The notes under the pieces: generated by a model
Told to the model about the DNA's origin: nothing
Database searches by the model: none
The model's input: the letters and a program-made list of their open reading frames with translations, nothing else
Position numbers and translations under genes: made by a program
Shown: piece after piece, positions 24,607-39,474 of the stretch
How the letters are laid out: each line of letters begins with the position of its first letter
Position numbering within the stretch: position 1 is the first letter of the stretch
Assembly (NCBI GenBank): GCA_951406725.2
Contig: OX597826.1
Coordinates: forward strand, 79,980,001 to 80,044,000
Length of the DNA: 64,000 bases
Direction: 5' to 3'
DNA from: Octopus vulgaris
Lineage: Eukaryota

Positions 24607-27415
24607 TATTAAATAAATATAAGTTCTAGAAAACGGGTTGGGCAGTCTTTCCTTTTGTTCGCCCACCCCTCTCTCACTCTCTTTCTCTCCACGCGCACAC
24701 ACAAACCTTGCAAACACATAACCATTAGTTTTCGGAAGCATTTTTACGTCTGTATAAATATAAACATCATCGTTTATATTTATCAATCGAGTTGTCACGC
24801 GAAAAAGTAAAGTATAACTTAAAATACAACACACCAAATTCTTCCTCAATTGGAACCATTTATGTCAACTGAATTTCCAAAACAGATGCACATAAGATTT
24901 GATTTTTCTTTAGCAAAGAACAATTGACATTGAATCAGGAAACTCACAGACACCTTATATAATAGTTTCATTAAAAGAATGTTGTAATAAAAATTTAAAC
25001 ATTTTAATATTGAGTAGCTAACCATGTGTATTTGAATGCGATCTTTCTACGGATCTGTCGTTTTGTAGTCTTCATAATTAAATTCTGCAAATAAGACATG
25101 TAGCGGCGAGATACACAACCACAAATTTTCAGTTGGATAATTTTATTTAAGACGGAGTATTCCAATTGTCGTTGCTTTCAGCCTGGAACACATTGTTTTT
25201 CTTTTCTCTATGTACATTGGGATGCGTGCAATGTTTATTACATCCTCTGGAGTATTTATTAAATGCCAAAGTAGAATTAAGCAGCTTGAACCGGAAATTG
25301 AAAACGAGCCAATTACTCTGTTCGCTCGGAGTATATCTCGTAATATATACGGGTGCATATCAAATCTGATACAGTTTCAAATCTTGATCCAAAACAAATC
25401 TCGCAATTTACATGGCTAATATCCTATCAAGTAAGCTTATTGTAGAATGGTAGTTCTATTCCTTCGCCCCATATCGCACAATCTGGTTCGTGAGTGTTTT
25501 TAGTAGAATTGCTTCGAGAGCCAGCATTGGAATAAGACAAACGACTTCCACTCTGTTTTCTTGTAAACATTGTGTTACAGAGGCCCAGAACATCACAAAA
25601 TATCTTCTCATTTTCATTATATATATAAAAAAAATTACAATCTGCAATCTGTATTTTCTCCTTTTTTCAAATCTTTTAACTTGTCAAAGTAGAGTCAAAT
25701 TTGCATTTCATCTATTCGGGGTCGAATAATATCGTGCTCTGAGGTTTATAAGACAACTATACACACCTTCTAGGAATTAATCACATACAGTCACTGTCTC
25801 CTAAGATTAGTCTTTTTAGATTCAAATATTACTCAGTCACAACATTCAGCTCATATTTAACAGTTATACTGTAGTAGAAATGAACTGTCTCGAATAATAA
25901 TTTTTTAACGATATTTCAATTTGTAAAACCTACAGTTTCATTTAATTCCTAGACATTGCATAATTTAGCCATTCATAAATACATTAAATGTATCTCGAAT
26001 CATGTGTCCGTGTGTGTTTGATGATGTTGCCCTTTGGAAGACGGGATTAGAAATCCTGGATTGCTGTATGGTTATATTTTAGGTAATTGTCGCCTATTGA
26101 TAGACAATTATCCGAAGGTGTTACATTCTCTGAGAGATTATTTTACATAGGAGTCTATAAGACGGTCTTGAATTATGTAATATATCTTGTTCATCCAAAT
26201 CGGCGATAATGCCAGGCTTCGAAAGGTAAATTTTTGCAATGGTTTACAATAATGTTAAGATTTGACGATGTTCTCTTTTCATTTACCTTAATGATATTTT
26301 GATCATTTATATTTTTATACACAGAAACGTTAATATTGCTACACTCCTGGAAAACTCATCCGACGCAGACTTTTCGATTCCTTTTGGAGGATATGTCGTT
26401 CTACATGATTCCATAAACTTTTTTCAGATAAAGTACTGATTAAACGTAAATAACTGCCCTACGTCCACCAAACACACCAGCGAGAGGAGTTTCATGACAT
26501 TTCTTCTTCTTCTTCTTCTTCTTCTTCTTCTTCTTCTTCTTCTTCTTCTTCAGACAGATAGACAGACGAAAGGAGAGAAGGAGATTTAGATGGAAGAATC
26601 GACTCAAATACAGTGAGACACTATCAGCTTCAAAAGAATGAAAAGCAAACTCAACCTTATTTGTATCCACACTAAGAGAACAGGGTAACGTAAAACGCCA
26701 TCAAAACAAAGTTAAGAAATATCTTCAGGAAACGCCGGGTATCCTTCCAGTTTTTAAATTTCGAAATTGTTAATTGTTGAAAGACGAGTCTATATAAGTG
26801 CCTTCACATGGTCATCTGTATGCTAGAAATATCAAGCAAATTTTCTAAAATTACATTCTAGAATAAAAAATGTCTAATGTATTATTAAAACTACAAACGA
26901 AAGTAATATTTACTATTGGAAAAACTTGAACATGTGGCTGACCCATCAACACGCCCTCAGGGTAAATAATTACCGTCACAAATAAAGATGTGTTATGGAG
27001 GCAAGCAAGATATTTTGAAAACAAAGAGGATGATGTTCCTAACTAGAGAATAACAAGACGACGATGTATAAGAAAGCTGATGCATTAAAAAGTAGAATAA
27101 CACAAACTATTTCTGATGGTCGCATGAAGTTATGAAACTTATTACAGTCAATGCCTATAGTCTTATATTGAACAATATACCGTTTGCAAAGAGAAGTGGT
27201 GAATTTCTCAAGGAATACATTGTCTACAATGAGGAGACGTAAAATAGGCGACAATTACATTCTTCGTTCATATTTTGTCTTTTGCATCTCATTATGTTTG
27301 TAGAGTTGCACTATTTGTTGCATTTTTGGTTTTATTTCTTTAGTTATTATTTTTCTTTTTTTCTTCTTCTTATTATTTTGTGTTAACTTTTGTTTCTTGT
27401 CAATTTTATATATAT

Positions 27416-27510
<95 letters not shown>

Positions 27511-28054
27511 ATATGGTAAAGTAAAAGAATTCACTTTACCACACACCGAACTTTTCAGAAATAGCAGCCAAAAATTTGGCTATTTCTTCAACTGCAAATA
27601 AAAGTCTCCAGACAATGCATACTCAGAAAAATAACTCACATAGGTATAAGGGAAAAACAATGAAAGATCACATCTATATACGATACCCGAGGACAGTCTG
27701 TTTCTGGATTTGTGGGTAAAACGCCACTTTTCCTTCATCAGCTCAGAGATTTCTTCTGATTTAGATTTGAAAATACTAAGAATCAAACATACCCGTCCGA
27801 TATCTGTAACATCGGACAAACCATGCCAGACACCCAGTACTAGCGAATCCCAAAAATACGAATGAGATCTATTATTCTCCCTGTCCACCCACGTGAGTCA
27901 TAGAGCATTACATTTCTACAGAGGTAAAAACTGCAGTTCAAATTCTTGGAGAGAAAGCATTATATTGTTATCAAAAAAGGGGTCGAATTAATTAATTGTT
28001 AATAAATTCGACCAAGCAGTATTCGGTATGTAAAGACATATATATATATATATA

Positions 28055-28535
<481 letters not shown>

Positions 28536-28553
28536 AGAACAAAAGAATATATA

Positions 28554-28605
<52 letters not shown>

Positions 28606-31600
28606 GTAGCGTATACCTTCATTGGCGTATTAGTAGTCGAATCTATTGTATGTGTCCGTGTGTCTCTTCACGGTTCACTCTCCTTTTACGTTTGATATAT
28701 TTGCCATTCTACTGCTTTTGTCGTTTCCAATTTTAGATCGAAAGTAAAGTGTAATTCCATAATTCATCCTTTGGGATTCTTCTTAAGTAACAGAAATAGA
28801 GATGAGAGGTGGGGAAATAAACAACAATTTGCATTGATCCGAAGATGAAGTTTCTTCTTATTTCCCAGTCAAAGTGTTTTTCTTTTAACATAATATTGCA
28901 ATTCAGTTTCTATTACACATGAAGTTAGTGGCATCAAACTCCATCTGACACCAATAAATATATTCTACAGCCTTCATCGATCGTGTGAGAACACACGTTG
29001 AAAATGGTTTCTAACTTGCAGGAAATTAGTGTCAACGAAATCTAGTTTGACGGAAATGCAAAGAAGGAATAACTAGAGGTTATACCTGGTGTTATTGAAG
29101 AAAAATAAATTAAATAAATCTTCTGTCTATAGAGATGAAAGCACGTGGTGCTTTATCATTAAAGATTTACGAGTGGCGAAATAATCTTTTTCTGCTTTGG
29201 TTTTGTATTGTTTTGTTTCAGAATCACACTATGACTTTTAAAACTCGATCCAAACTGTTTTTTTTTTAAAATCTCATAAAAGAAACAGTAAAGAGGTTTT
29301 ATGCGAACGTCAGAGTTCAATTATATGTGAAGTCTTAAGTTACCAACTGATATCTCATTGAAACACATAAAAATAAAGGACTCTACTTGAAACATAGGAA
29401 CGCGATCTTTATAAATTAATAGGAAAATATGAATTTCAAACTTATGGAACTGGAAGGGATTTATTACATCTCATATATGTTATGGAGAAATCAAAGCGAC
29501 CGGTTCGACAGAAATCTTAATTCATGTTCTATCAAAACCATACATACATTTGAAGAAACTCTCGCTGAATATTTATGTGGAATAGGCACATGATAAGCTC
29601 ATAGATAAATGTTATAATATCAAACAGGATTTTTTTTTTATTCCCAACGACTTTTATTCCGATAAATTACAGTTAGAAATATTTACGGCAAGTCATCTTC
29701 GAGAATTTGGAAGAAATTACGGTTGGGAAGAGTTTGAATTCTTTCACCATGAAGTAATCTATTTGCAATTATTTGCACTCTAATGCCGCAAGTTACTTCA
29801 GTCATCAATATAATGCAACATGGATGGCAACATGGTACAAATACATGGGTGTTTGGCTAATCTTTCGTTATTTTCCCCATTTTAATTCGCAACTTTTCTC
29901 TGCCTACGTCACATTGTCTCCTCTCATACTCTCTCATCTTTTCTTTCTGTTACTCTTTCTATTTCTGTATCCATAACGCACATGAAATACATCCAACATG
30001 ATCTCAACTGAAATGCGCGATAACCCTCGGCAAGAGACAAACTATTGGCTGTTATTAGACCACTACCAGTATTGAACACTAAGTTTCGCATGCTAACATC
30101 TGTAGAAATAGCAGTGTATATAATCTAACGTTGTGTGAAACGGTTTGAACCGTGAGTCAAACAAAGGTAACCTACATCGCTCCTCTCTTCTAGAAGTTTC
30201 ATATTCAGAACAAAATATGTGACAGTTGTTCTCAAAACGGATTTAGGAACAATTGACTATTAAAGAGCAATCGAATATTTTGTGGCTACTTGTGTGAAGT
30301 TCACTAGCTTCCAAAGTCATTTTTAGAACCTCCGAGATTGTTGGAGGGAAGAGATCAGAGAATACCTGACTTACTCTGGCGAAAGACCTGTTCCAATCAC
30401 AACGAAGTGGACTCCATTTAGTGCACACAAAGTCACGTAGGAAGGTGCAGTATTCCTCATATCCCAAACCCGAAACAGTCATACCGAAATGCGTCCACAC
30501 AGTTTTCGTCTAAAAAATCCTGGTCACAAGGTTTCGGTCAATTGCAGACTGTAGTAGAAGACTAGATTTTCGTACGATATTCTAACCAGTAGAATCGAGC
30601 TATATCCCCTATTAACAAAGCAAATTTTCTAGCAACACAGCCTGATCTGCCCTCAGACTATGGACCGGCTTCTGCTGTACCTGGCTCATTACTTTCTGAT
30701 ATTGCTCGCAGACAGAACATAACACTTCAAGTATATATAGGATTGAAATCAGATTGTGTAAGGTTACCCAGGAATGAAATGGGGAAAGCGTGTTTATTCC
30801 TTTCTTGGGGCAGCTCAATGACAATATTTGAAAGAGACGCGATTTTTGAGAGCCTTTCATTAAACAGATTCTTTCTTTAAAGTTAGAAACTATTCACACA
30901 ATTTTTTCCGTATCGAGAAAGAAACGCATGTTACCAAGGAAACACAGCAAATAGATTTTCTTTATTCATGCATGACAATATACATTTGATAAAAACATAA
31001 TTGAAAGAGACACCGATTGATAATCAAATTGAAAATGTTGATGCGCCAGCAATTATCTTAACAACACAACTGTATCGTCACAGAAATATTTCCGTTTCTC
31101 CAGCCGAAATCTACCCAAATACTCAAACCTAAACTTTCCCCATTCTTCTAAATTTGCGTTTATGCTCTTCTTCGTGTGTTTATGTTTGCTGTCTAAAACC
31201 CAGCGCGTATCGTCCGTTATTGTTCCTTTACATACCTTTACATAACGCCTCGGCAAGTAGAAAACTTCGAAACAAGTACTGTTCAGAAGTAATTCATGGA
31301 GTCGTATGATCGAATAAAGACTTCTGGGTGATACTCTCTTTCCTCCACTCCACAGTAGAATTATATATATACTCATCCGTATCCTAACGTGTATATTATA
31401 TATATAGATATGAGTATGTAGTAGGCATATGATTCTTTGTATAGATGTAATACACCCCAGTAGTAATCACATGGTAAGTATCGAGTCTAATGTATGTATT
31501 GTGCAGCACCTAGGATTATCTAGAATTACTTGAAAGCGATATCTGAAGATTTGCATACACTCACATACATAATCATGTAAATACGATTCCAATTGTATTT

Positions 31601-32059
31601 ATCCCGCATCCAGTGCCTACTGTAATTACGGCAGTATTGTATTCCGGTATGATTTCTAATCAAAGAAAATGATAAAGAAAGAAAAAGAATGAAGAAACAG
31701 TGAATACAACTTATGGAAACACGCAAATATATTTTCTGTAAAAAGTCTAAGAATATTTTAACAAAGAGAGTTTCTTTTATGTTTATGGCCACGAGCGACT
31801 TCAATTGGTTGAAAAAGTATAAACCATTACTCAGAATATCCATTATCTTCACTTGCAAGAATAATAGGCGCATGAAATGTTGTTGCACGAAATAAACACC
31901 CACACCAACACACACGTATCTATCTATCTATCTATCTCTATTTATATATGCATATATACATAATTATATACACATATGTATATTTCCGAATGCATATATT
32001 CATATGAATATATATATACACAGATATATACATATCTGATATTTATGTATATGTTATAT

Positions 32060-32277
32060 ATTCTTTTCTACTCTAGGCAGAAGCCCCAAAATTTTTGGGG
32101 AGGAAGCCATTTGATTAGATCTACCTCAGTACGCAACGGGTACTTAATTTATCGACCACGAAAGGATAGAAGGCAAAGTCGAGCTCGGCGGAATTTGAAC
32201 TCAGTACGTCAAGACAGACGAAATACCTCTAAGCATTTCGCCCGGCGTGCTAACGTTTCAGCCAACTCGCCACCTTA
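32060..32277 (-). mobile_element. tRNA-derived SINE, family A
   Basis: Reverse complement of the 15210-type copy. Confidence 0.88.
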
Positions 32278-32435
32278 AATATATCATATATAAAATATAT
32301 CATATATAAAATATCATATATAAAATATATCATATATTAAATATATATATATATATTTTATTCATTATTGTATTCATTATTTTATTCCTTATAAACTGAA
32401 TTTCCCTGTCTAGAGTTTTCAGACACACTCACCTT

Positions 32436-32511
32436 GTCTCTGACGACAGAATACCCAGTGTACGGACATGCTAGGCTATCACTCAGGATATCTGAGAAAT
32501 AGCTGTAAGAC
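32436..32511 (+). ncRNA. Candidate minimal hammerhead ribozyme, slightly degenerate
   Basis: GUCU-CUGACGA-CAGA...UCUG-a-GAAA-UAGCUG-UA-AGAC within a ~250-bp insert between (TA)n tracts. Confidence 0.65.
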
Positions 32512-32682
32512 TTCAGATTCACCTTACCCTAATTAAATATTCTAAATGATTTGAGATACCTGTCCTGCCTTGGTTTTGATGTTCACTTTCCTCTAATATA
32601 ATATAATATATATATATACACATGTATGTATGTATAATTGTACAATTTCCCATATCTCTTTCTTTCTCTCTCTCTCTCTTTC

Positions 32683-32777
<95 letters not shown>

Positions 32778-34374
32778 GTATCTTCGAGTGCCAAGAAACT
32801 CCCTAGAATACCAACATAATTTAGAATGTCTTCCATTGTCTGTTTGAGCTTTGAGGTATCAAGAGTGAAATTCAAGACAGTTCCGAATCAGTCCTGGAAT
32901 AGTTCAGGAAATGCGAGCAAGTTATATGCTGTGAAATTTCAAGATACGGTGACACTTCCTTAACTGTAACCGTCAAATCTTGTAGATATTTGTGCAATAA
33001 TAAGCCGTTGTCATATAATTTGATTTATGTTTCTTAATCAAATCAAACATTCTTGATTTGGTCATATAAGTTTTCTGTCAGTATTTGCATTATTAAAGCA
33101 GTGTGATTCCGGGAACAGTCACCTGTTAATTACGGTCGTTTAGTCATTCTTGTTATAGACGTTTGCATAACAGTCTAGCCAAGGAGCACACCCCTTATCG
33201 ATCGTACCCAAGGTAATAAGAAATACATTTATGATTACCATGTCTTTCATTAGGACTGCAATACCAAATAATTTCTTCATCTTTTATTAAAGGAATCTGC
33301 TCTGATTTCACTGAAATTTGTGCGCTATTTCTAGCAGAAGTAACACTCATGTAAATGTCGCGTTGTCCATTGTTATAATGCAGCGCATAACACAGTTTAA
33401 TTTTGTTGCTTAATAAAATATGTCCGAGTATTTTATTGCATTGATTTCATTCGACGATAGCATTCCTTTTCAAAACTCGAGAAAGCATTTTAATTTAACA
33501 GGAACAACGGCAAGACTAATAAAGCGATCTTTAAATCATCATATTTGTTCAGAAGTTTGTCCGTTTGTTTATTACAACGAAGTATCTTTGAATAAAATAG
33601 CGACGAAGTAAGTTACGCATCAACAAATTTGTTGTTACATGATGGTTGTTCAGTATTTAAGTATTCAACCAAGCAATGTTTGCTGAAAAGCATGCTGAAA
33701 GGACAGAAACCAAATGATTGTTTTATTGCTTTAGACAGTCGCTAATCTATGCTGGGGAAGGAAGTCAACGAAATATTCTTTGTGGAGCTGTCAGCAAACC
33801 GTGAAAAATCCCTCGGGAGCTCGCTGAATTCTTTTCCTTCACATCAACAACAGAGCAGAAATTTGATTATATTTTTATTTCACTTACATGGAGTCGTTCT
33901 AGTCTTTAAATACATTTTCAGTTCTGCCGCAGAAATAGCTATTATTATGCAAAATAGGCCACCTACTTAGGTGTTGCTTGTATATCGGTTGATCCACGCT
34001 TCTAAATAAAGAAAGAAACCGGCTTTAAATCTCCGAGAAGCTCTCAACTGGAAAATGGTTCATCCACAAAAGCGTCACTATTGTTTTTTATTTATTTATT
34101 GTAATTCATTATATGTGTTTGCATTTCACATTTCACCCTTTCTCAAGCTTTCGGATCTTTAAATGTATATATGTATTCATAAATACCCACATACATATAT
34201 GTAAACTATATAATAGACAGAAAAAAAAAAGCAGGGCCAATTTACTTATTTCTCCGTAGATTGAAAGACATGATGACGGTATGTATGTGTCTGTATTTGT
34301 GAATGCATGCATGTATCTATGTGTGACTGTGTGTATATACGTATATTTATGTGTGTGTGTGGGTGGGTGGGAGG

Positions 34375-34655
34375 AGACACAAGTATAGCTACGACATGCA
34401 GAAGCTCACTTCGCAACCATTAGAATTCGGCTTCGATGCCTATCATATTACAAGTGTCTTCTAATATAGCCTTGGTTGACCCATACCACGTTAGAGAAAT
34501 TATATATATACATATATATAAACTAGCGGTTCGGCAAAAGAGACCGATAGAATAAGTACTAGGATTACTAAGAATAAGTCCTGGAGTCGATTTGTTCGAC
34601 TGAAGGCGGTGCTACAGCATGACTGCAGTCAAATAAAAGAATAAAAGAATAAAAG
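34375..34655 (+). mobile_element. Degenerate SINE, family B
   Basis: Tail tagcggttcggcaaaagagaccgatagaataagtactagg...ggcggtgctacagcatgactgcagtc; decayed head upstream. Confidence 0.75.
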
Positions 34656-34676
34656 ATTGCATACATACACGCGCGA

Positions 34677-34731
<55 letters not shown>

Positions 34732-34770
34732 TGCACACATACCTACATACATATACATATATATACATAT

Positions 34771-34828
<58 letters not shown>

Positions 34829-35766
34829 GCATGCCCCTACATAGATATTTCAGAAGCAAGAATAAAAGTATTTTCAATTCAGGTTGATGGATTGCAAATG
34901 TGTAGGAAAGCGGAAATAATGCAATCTGTAATTTAGTTCTTTCCGTTTATGATATGTGTTCAAATTACGGGCAGGGTGCCTGTCTTTATCTTTCCGGGGT
35001 TAATAAAGAACGGAAGTCATATATTGGGTGCCTGGAATGGTTTTAATCAACTAAACTTCTTCCGCACGGTATTTGACCTTGTGACTTTGTTTAAAACACT
35101 ATTTCTCGCCCAGTGAGTTGAGGATATCAAAAATTTTCATTACCCAGAATTCTTTGCTGTATGATGTCACCAACTCGGCGTCCATCAGTGAGATATCAAT
35201 CGCTTTTATGTATGCTTTAACTTCGCTCGCTTTCCTCTTCATCTTTCTTTCTCTTGTGTCATATTTCTCCGTCGCCTCCTCGTTCTTCTCTCTCTCTCTC
35301 TCCCCTCCCTCTTTCTTACGATTGACTCTCCGTTTCTCTCTTAAAAGGAAACTCACATCTAAAATGTTGATCGAAAATTATTTTAAATTAACCTGGATTC
35401 TCAAAGCAAACAGCAAACACGATGAAAGAGAAAATTATCTCTTGCTTTTTATGAATTTTCTCTTCACTTTGTCCTGTTTTTATTGCATTATCTTTTGGGT
35501 GTGGTGGCCTTGTAGGATTATGAAAGAATTCATTTTATTGTTGAATATTTGTTTTTTTTTTACTAAAAGAACATCATGTTTGCTTCCATAATGAAGGGAT
35601 AATTACAATTAAATAGAAAAATAGCAAGGTTTACGCTTGTTGTAAAATTCAAAATACCGATTATCAACTCCTACTCTTGGAAGACTCTAATAAGATTCCT
35701 TTGTAAATTTCCAAAACAAAATTTAGAAAAGGGAAAGAGCATTGCAAGTGTCATGTCGTTCTTTTT

Positions 35767-35862
35767 TCTTCTTCTTCTTCTTCTTCTTCTTCTTCTTCTT
35801 CTTCTTCTTCTTCTTCTTCTTCTTCTTCTTCTTCTTCTTCTTCTTCTTCTTCTTCTTCTTCT
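35767..35862. repeat. (TTC)n microsatellite
   Basis: Direct reading; a shorter one lies at ~26500-26551. Confidence 0.95.
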
Positions 35863-37096
35863 TTTTTTTTTTAGTCATTAACTGCTTCGTTGGGATGAAA
35901 TAGTTTCGAAAATGCATTAGTGATACAAATGGCGGAAATCTTTTCCACAGCAAAAACACTTGAAAAACTAGCATTTTCTAACTTAAGCAAAAGGTTCAAA
36001 GAAATTATGAAGGTTAGATTGTTTTGTTTTTTCCCCTTTTTGTTGTTGTTGTTTTTTTTCTTGCATTCGTTAAGGATCTAGGTGATGAATGGGAAATAAA
36101 AACTGACTTTCAAAGTTAGTTTCATCTGATAAATTACTACTCAATGATTCATTGGCACAATTATGAATTATAACATAAACGCAAGATCACAAAGTGAGGA
36201 GATATTCCAGTGTATCGACCCAAGTATTTGACTGGTGCTTCATTATACTGATCCCCTCGAGATGACGGGCCAAGTGAATCCCAAAATGAAGTTGACCACA
36301 ACATAAAGGATAATAATTAAATACCAGAGTGTATTTTACGTGAAGTCTTACCATTTCTGGTCTCCAATACATTTCAAATCCTTCAAAGAATAATGTTTTG
36401 ATGATTCCTTTAGATTATTTAAAAATAAAAATACGATATCATCACATACATTCACTCCCCAAATTCAGAAATAAGTTTCATATCTGCCTATTTGGCACTG
36501 AAATGGCTGGATCAACAGAAATTCACGTTTCTAAGCCGTTCTCTTCTGAAGATGAGCCTTCGTGCCTGGAACATATAAACATTACTTAACTTCCCCTATT
36601 ATCATTCATTGAAGCGCTTCATATTGATCAGTTCTTATCTTACATCTGTGTCACAAAACTTCAAGTTAAGTACAACTTTTTTCATTGATATTTTCCACAA
36701 GATAAAGCAATAGAAGAGAATATGACCAAAGACTGCGTGTACTCCATCGCATGCAGCTGTGGTAGGTTATTCAAAAGCGAAACATGCCGCCCCTCTTGAA
36801 AATAATGGTAGAGGAGTATCATAAAGCTGTGACGTGAGGAAATATTGATAAATCGGGTATAGCTGATCATGTATGGAAAAATGGAGACCACCTCCCCTGA
36901 GGGATGAAGTTAAAATAATAGACAGAGAACACCACAGGAAAATACGAAAACTAAAAGAAGCAGCACATATGCTAGGACACAACAACCTCCTAAGCAGACC
37001 GAGTGCAGATATGAGTAGCATATGGGAACCGGTATAACGGAAGCATAGGAAAATATTAGATTTATAAGCCCCAAAATTCACTCCATAATTGCCCAC

Positions 37097-37335
37097 GGGC
37101 ATATGACGTAGTTGTTAGGAGGGCAGGCTACTAACCCCAAGATTCCGAGTTCGATTCCAAGTAGTGAGCTGAATAATAATAACAATAATAACATCAAAAA
37201 TATCTTAGAAATGAGAATCCAGATTCGAAATTTCCCCCAAGACGCCTGATGAAGGCTGAAGGGTATTTCAGCCGAAACGTTGTGTTAACAACAAACAAGA
37301 TGAGGACAAATATCCGTCAAATGTAAATAATGTAA
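37097..37335 (+). mobile_element. tRNA-headed short element carrying a hammerhead ribozyme (retrozyme/SINE-like)
   Basis: A-box-like tgacgtagttgttagg, B-box gagttcgattcc, (AAT)n linker, hammerhead motif, and a tail shared with 24456-24606. Confidence 0.75.
37241..37286 (+). ncRNA. Minimal type I hammerhead ribozyme
   Basis: GACGC-CUGAUGA-AGGCUGAA gggua UUUCAGCC-GAAA-CG-UU-GUGUU; palindromic ACGU helix III. Confidence 0.8.
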
Positions 37336-38968
37336 GTAATGAAGATAAAGCAAGTAACACCAACATTACAGATATTACAAAATAGGGTCTACGGTCTTGT
37401 GGGCTACGATGGCTATGTCTTTCTTAATTATTATAGTAACGAGGAAAATTGAATTATAAATTATTATCTCATTTTCTTTCACAGACCTTCTTCAGTGTTT
37501 ATGTGAGGAATGAGAAACGAAGAATGCAATGCTAACTATAAGTTTTCCTCTCGCTGATCACAGCACTGCAAACCTACTTACTATCATAGTTTAGCAGTGG
37601 GGATTTATCCAATAAACTATTTAAAGCAAATGGCTCTCGCGTTAGGGTAACTGTTCACATTAAAGTTGCAAGAATGCAGAATTTTAACCAGTTATACAAT
37701 ATCAAAGCAGGTATCCCAAAGGTGTTGCTCTACCTTCTATAAATGATAACATCTCTTTCAAATCATACCCAATCACTTTTAGAAAAAAAACGGAAGGACA
37801 TGTTAGAAAAATACAGATTAAAATAATCTGCAAAGAAGCGATGGCCCAGTTGCTAGTATATATTTTATCGTATCTCAAATTCTACTCGAAGTTACATGTT
37901 GGCCGTTCAAAACAGGCAAAGACAATTAACTTCATCTATTAATTATTAAATGGTGTTAAAACTTTCATTACTCCAACATCATTCGTAGTTGCCAGTGATC
38001 AGGTCGTAGCTGGAGAGAAGAAAATTGTAACAATATACAACCAGTAAGTTACCGCCTTCGTGTTTCAGAGTGGCTAACATATGTCTTCCACACTACAATC
38101 GTTTCATTTCTAACAAAAGGTCTGATATACACTCATTTGCCTGGCAAATACACCTCCGAAAACCAAAATAATATTTATTTAACCGAAGGGAAATTCTAAA
38201 AAGTAATAATGAATCGTTCTTAATTTTAGTCGAAAAGTATTATTTTAAAACTTAACGAATGAATTCCTTCCCAAACTTGGCTATTATCGTTATAATAGCC
38301 AAGTTATAAGCGTTTTTTTTGGTGAACATGAATACAGTTTTCGTACTCATCGACTCGTTGTTAAATTAGTCAAATATCTAGAATCTCACGTTTCGCTTAC
38401 ATCTAATAAGAGTTTTAATAGATCTTTTCTTTTTTAATTAATTCATTAGACAGGTGTCATCAATGTGGCAAAGAAGTAATTTCATCAACTATATTTTCTG
38501 TCACACGCTTCATTTGTTTTTTCTTCTTCTTTTTTTTTCGCTATTTTCTATATATTTCCAGTAAACACCTGTAGCTTATTAGAGATTAAGAACAGAATGC
38601 AAGGAGGAAAATGTCTAACTTATCTGTATTTCTAAGTTAGCAGTTCGATATTGATATGGAAAAATATAGAGGCCTAGAAAAAAGAAAGTGAAGTTGTCAG
38701 TTATACGTAATCAGAGCAGAAACCAGTTAAAGTCATCACTTTGGGATAAAGCCTTTTGAATAACAATAACCGGGTGATAACAGTAAAGAGTGGATATACT
38801 TATATCTGAATATTTGATTCTAATAAGCGGATAATTACTTCTTATTTATTTTCAGCAAACTGTTCTGGGTACACTAATTGTCATGATGATAACAGCTTAT
38901 CAACTTATAACATTATTCGGGCTTATAATGTATGCCTTTCTCTGTACACACACATACATATGTATATA

Positions 38969-39003
<35 letters not shown>

Positions 39004-39229
39004 TTATTTATATATATGTGTGTGTGTATGTCTGTATGTGTGTGTGTGTGTGTATGTATATACCTACACACGCGCTCGCGTAGACACGCACATACTCATA
39101 ACACGTGACCGACAAGACTGTGAGATGTTGATGCACATCGCTGATAACAATGTGCTTTGCATCGTTTTAGCCTTTGAACGACACCATTCCGCTGGCAAGG
39201 CCAGCTGGACAACAATCTCCCTTGGTCGA

Positions 39230-39355
39230 AAGGAGGACTGGAACAGCGTGAAATTAAGTATTTTGCTCAAGAACACAAAGCACTGCCCACTCTGAGAATT
39301 GAATCCACGATCTAGCGATCGTGAGTGCAACATCCAGACCATTCGGCCACGCTCC
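39230..39355 (-). mobile_element. tRNA-derived CORE-like SINE, family D
   Basis: Minus strand gagcgtggccgaatggtc (A-box), ggattcaattc (B-box), tgtgttcttgagcaaaatactt. Confidence 0.7.
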
Positions 39356-39378
39356 TTTACAAACTAACACACACGCAC

Positions 39379-39474
<96 letters not shown>

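Noticed and set aside
27580-27917. Candidate minus-strand exon with good acceptor and GTGAGT donor
   Set aside because: All three frames hit stops between the splice sites; at most a non-coding exon.
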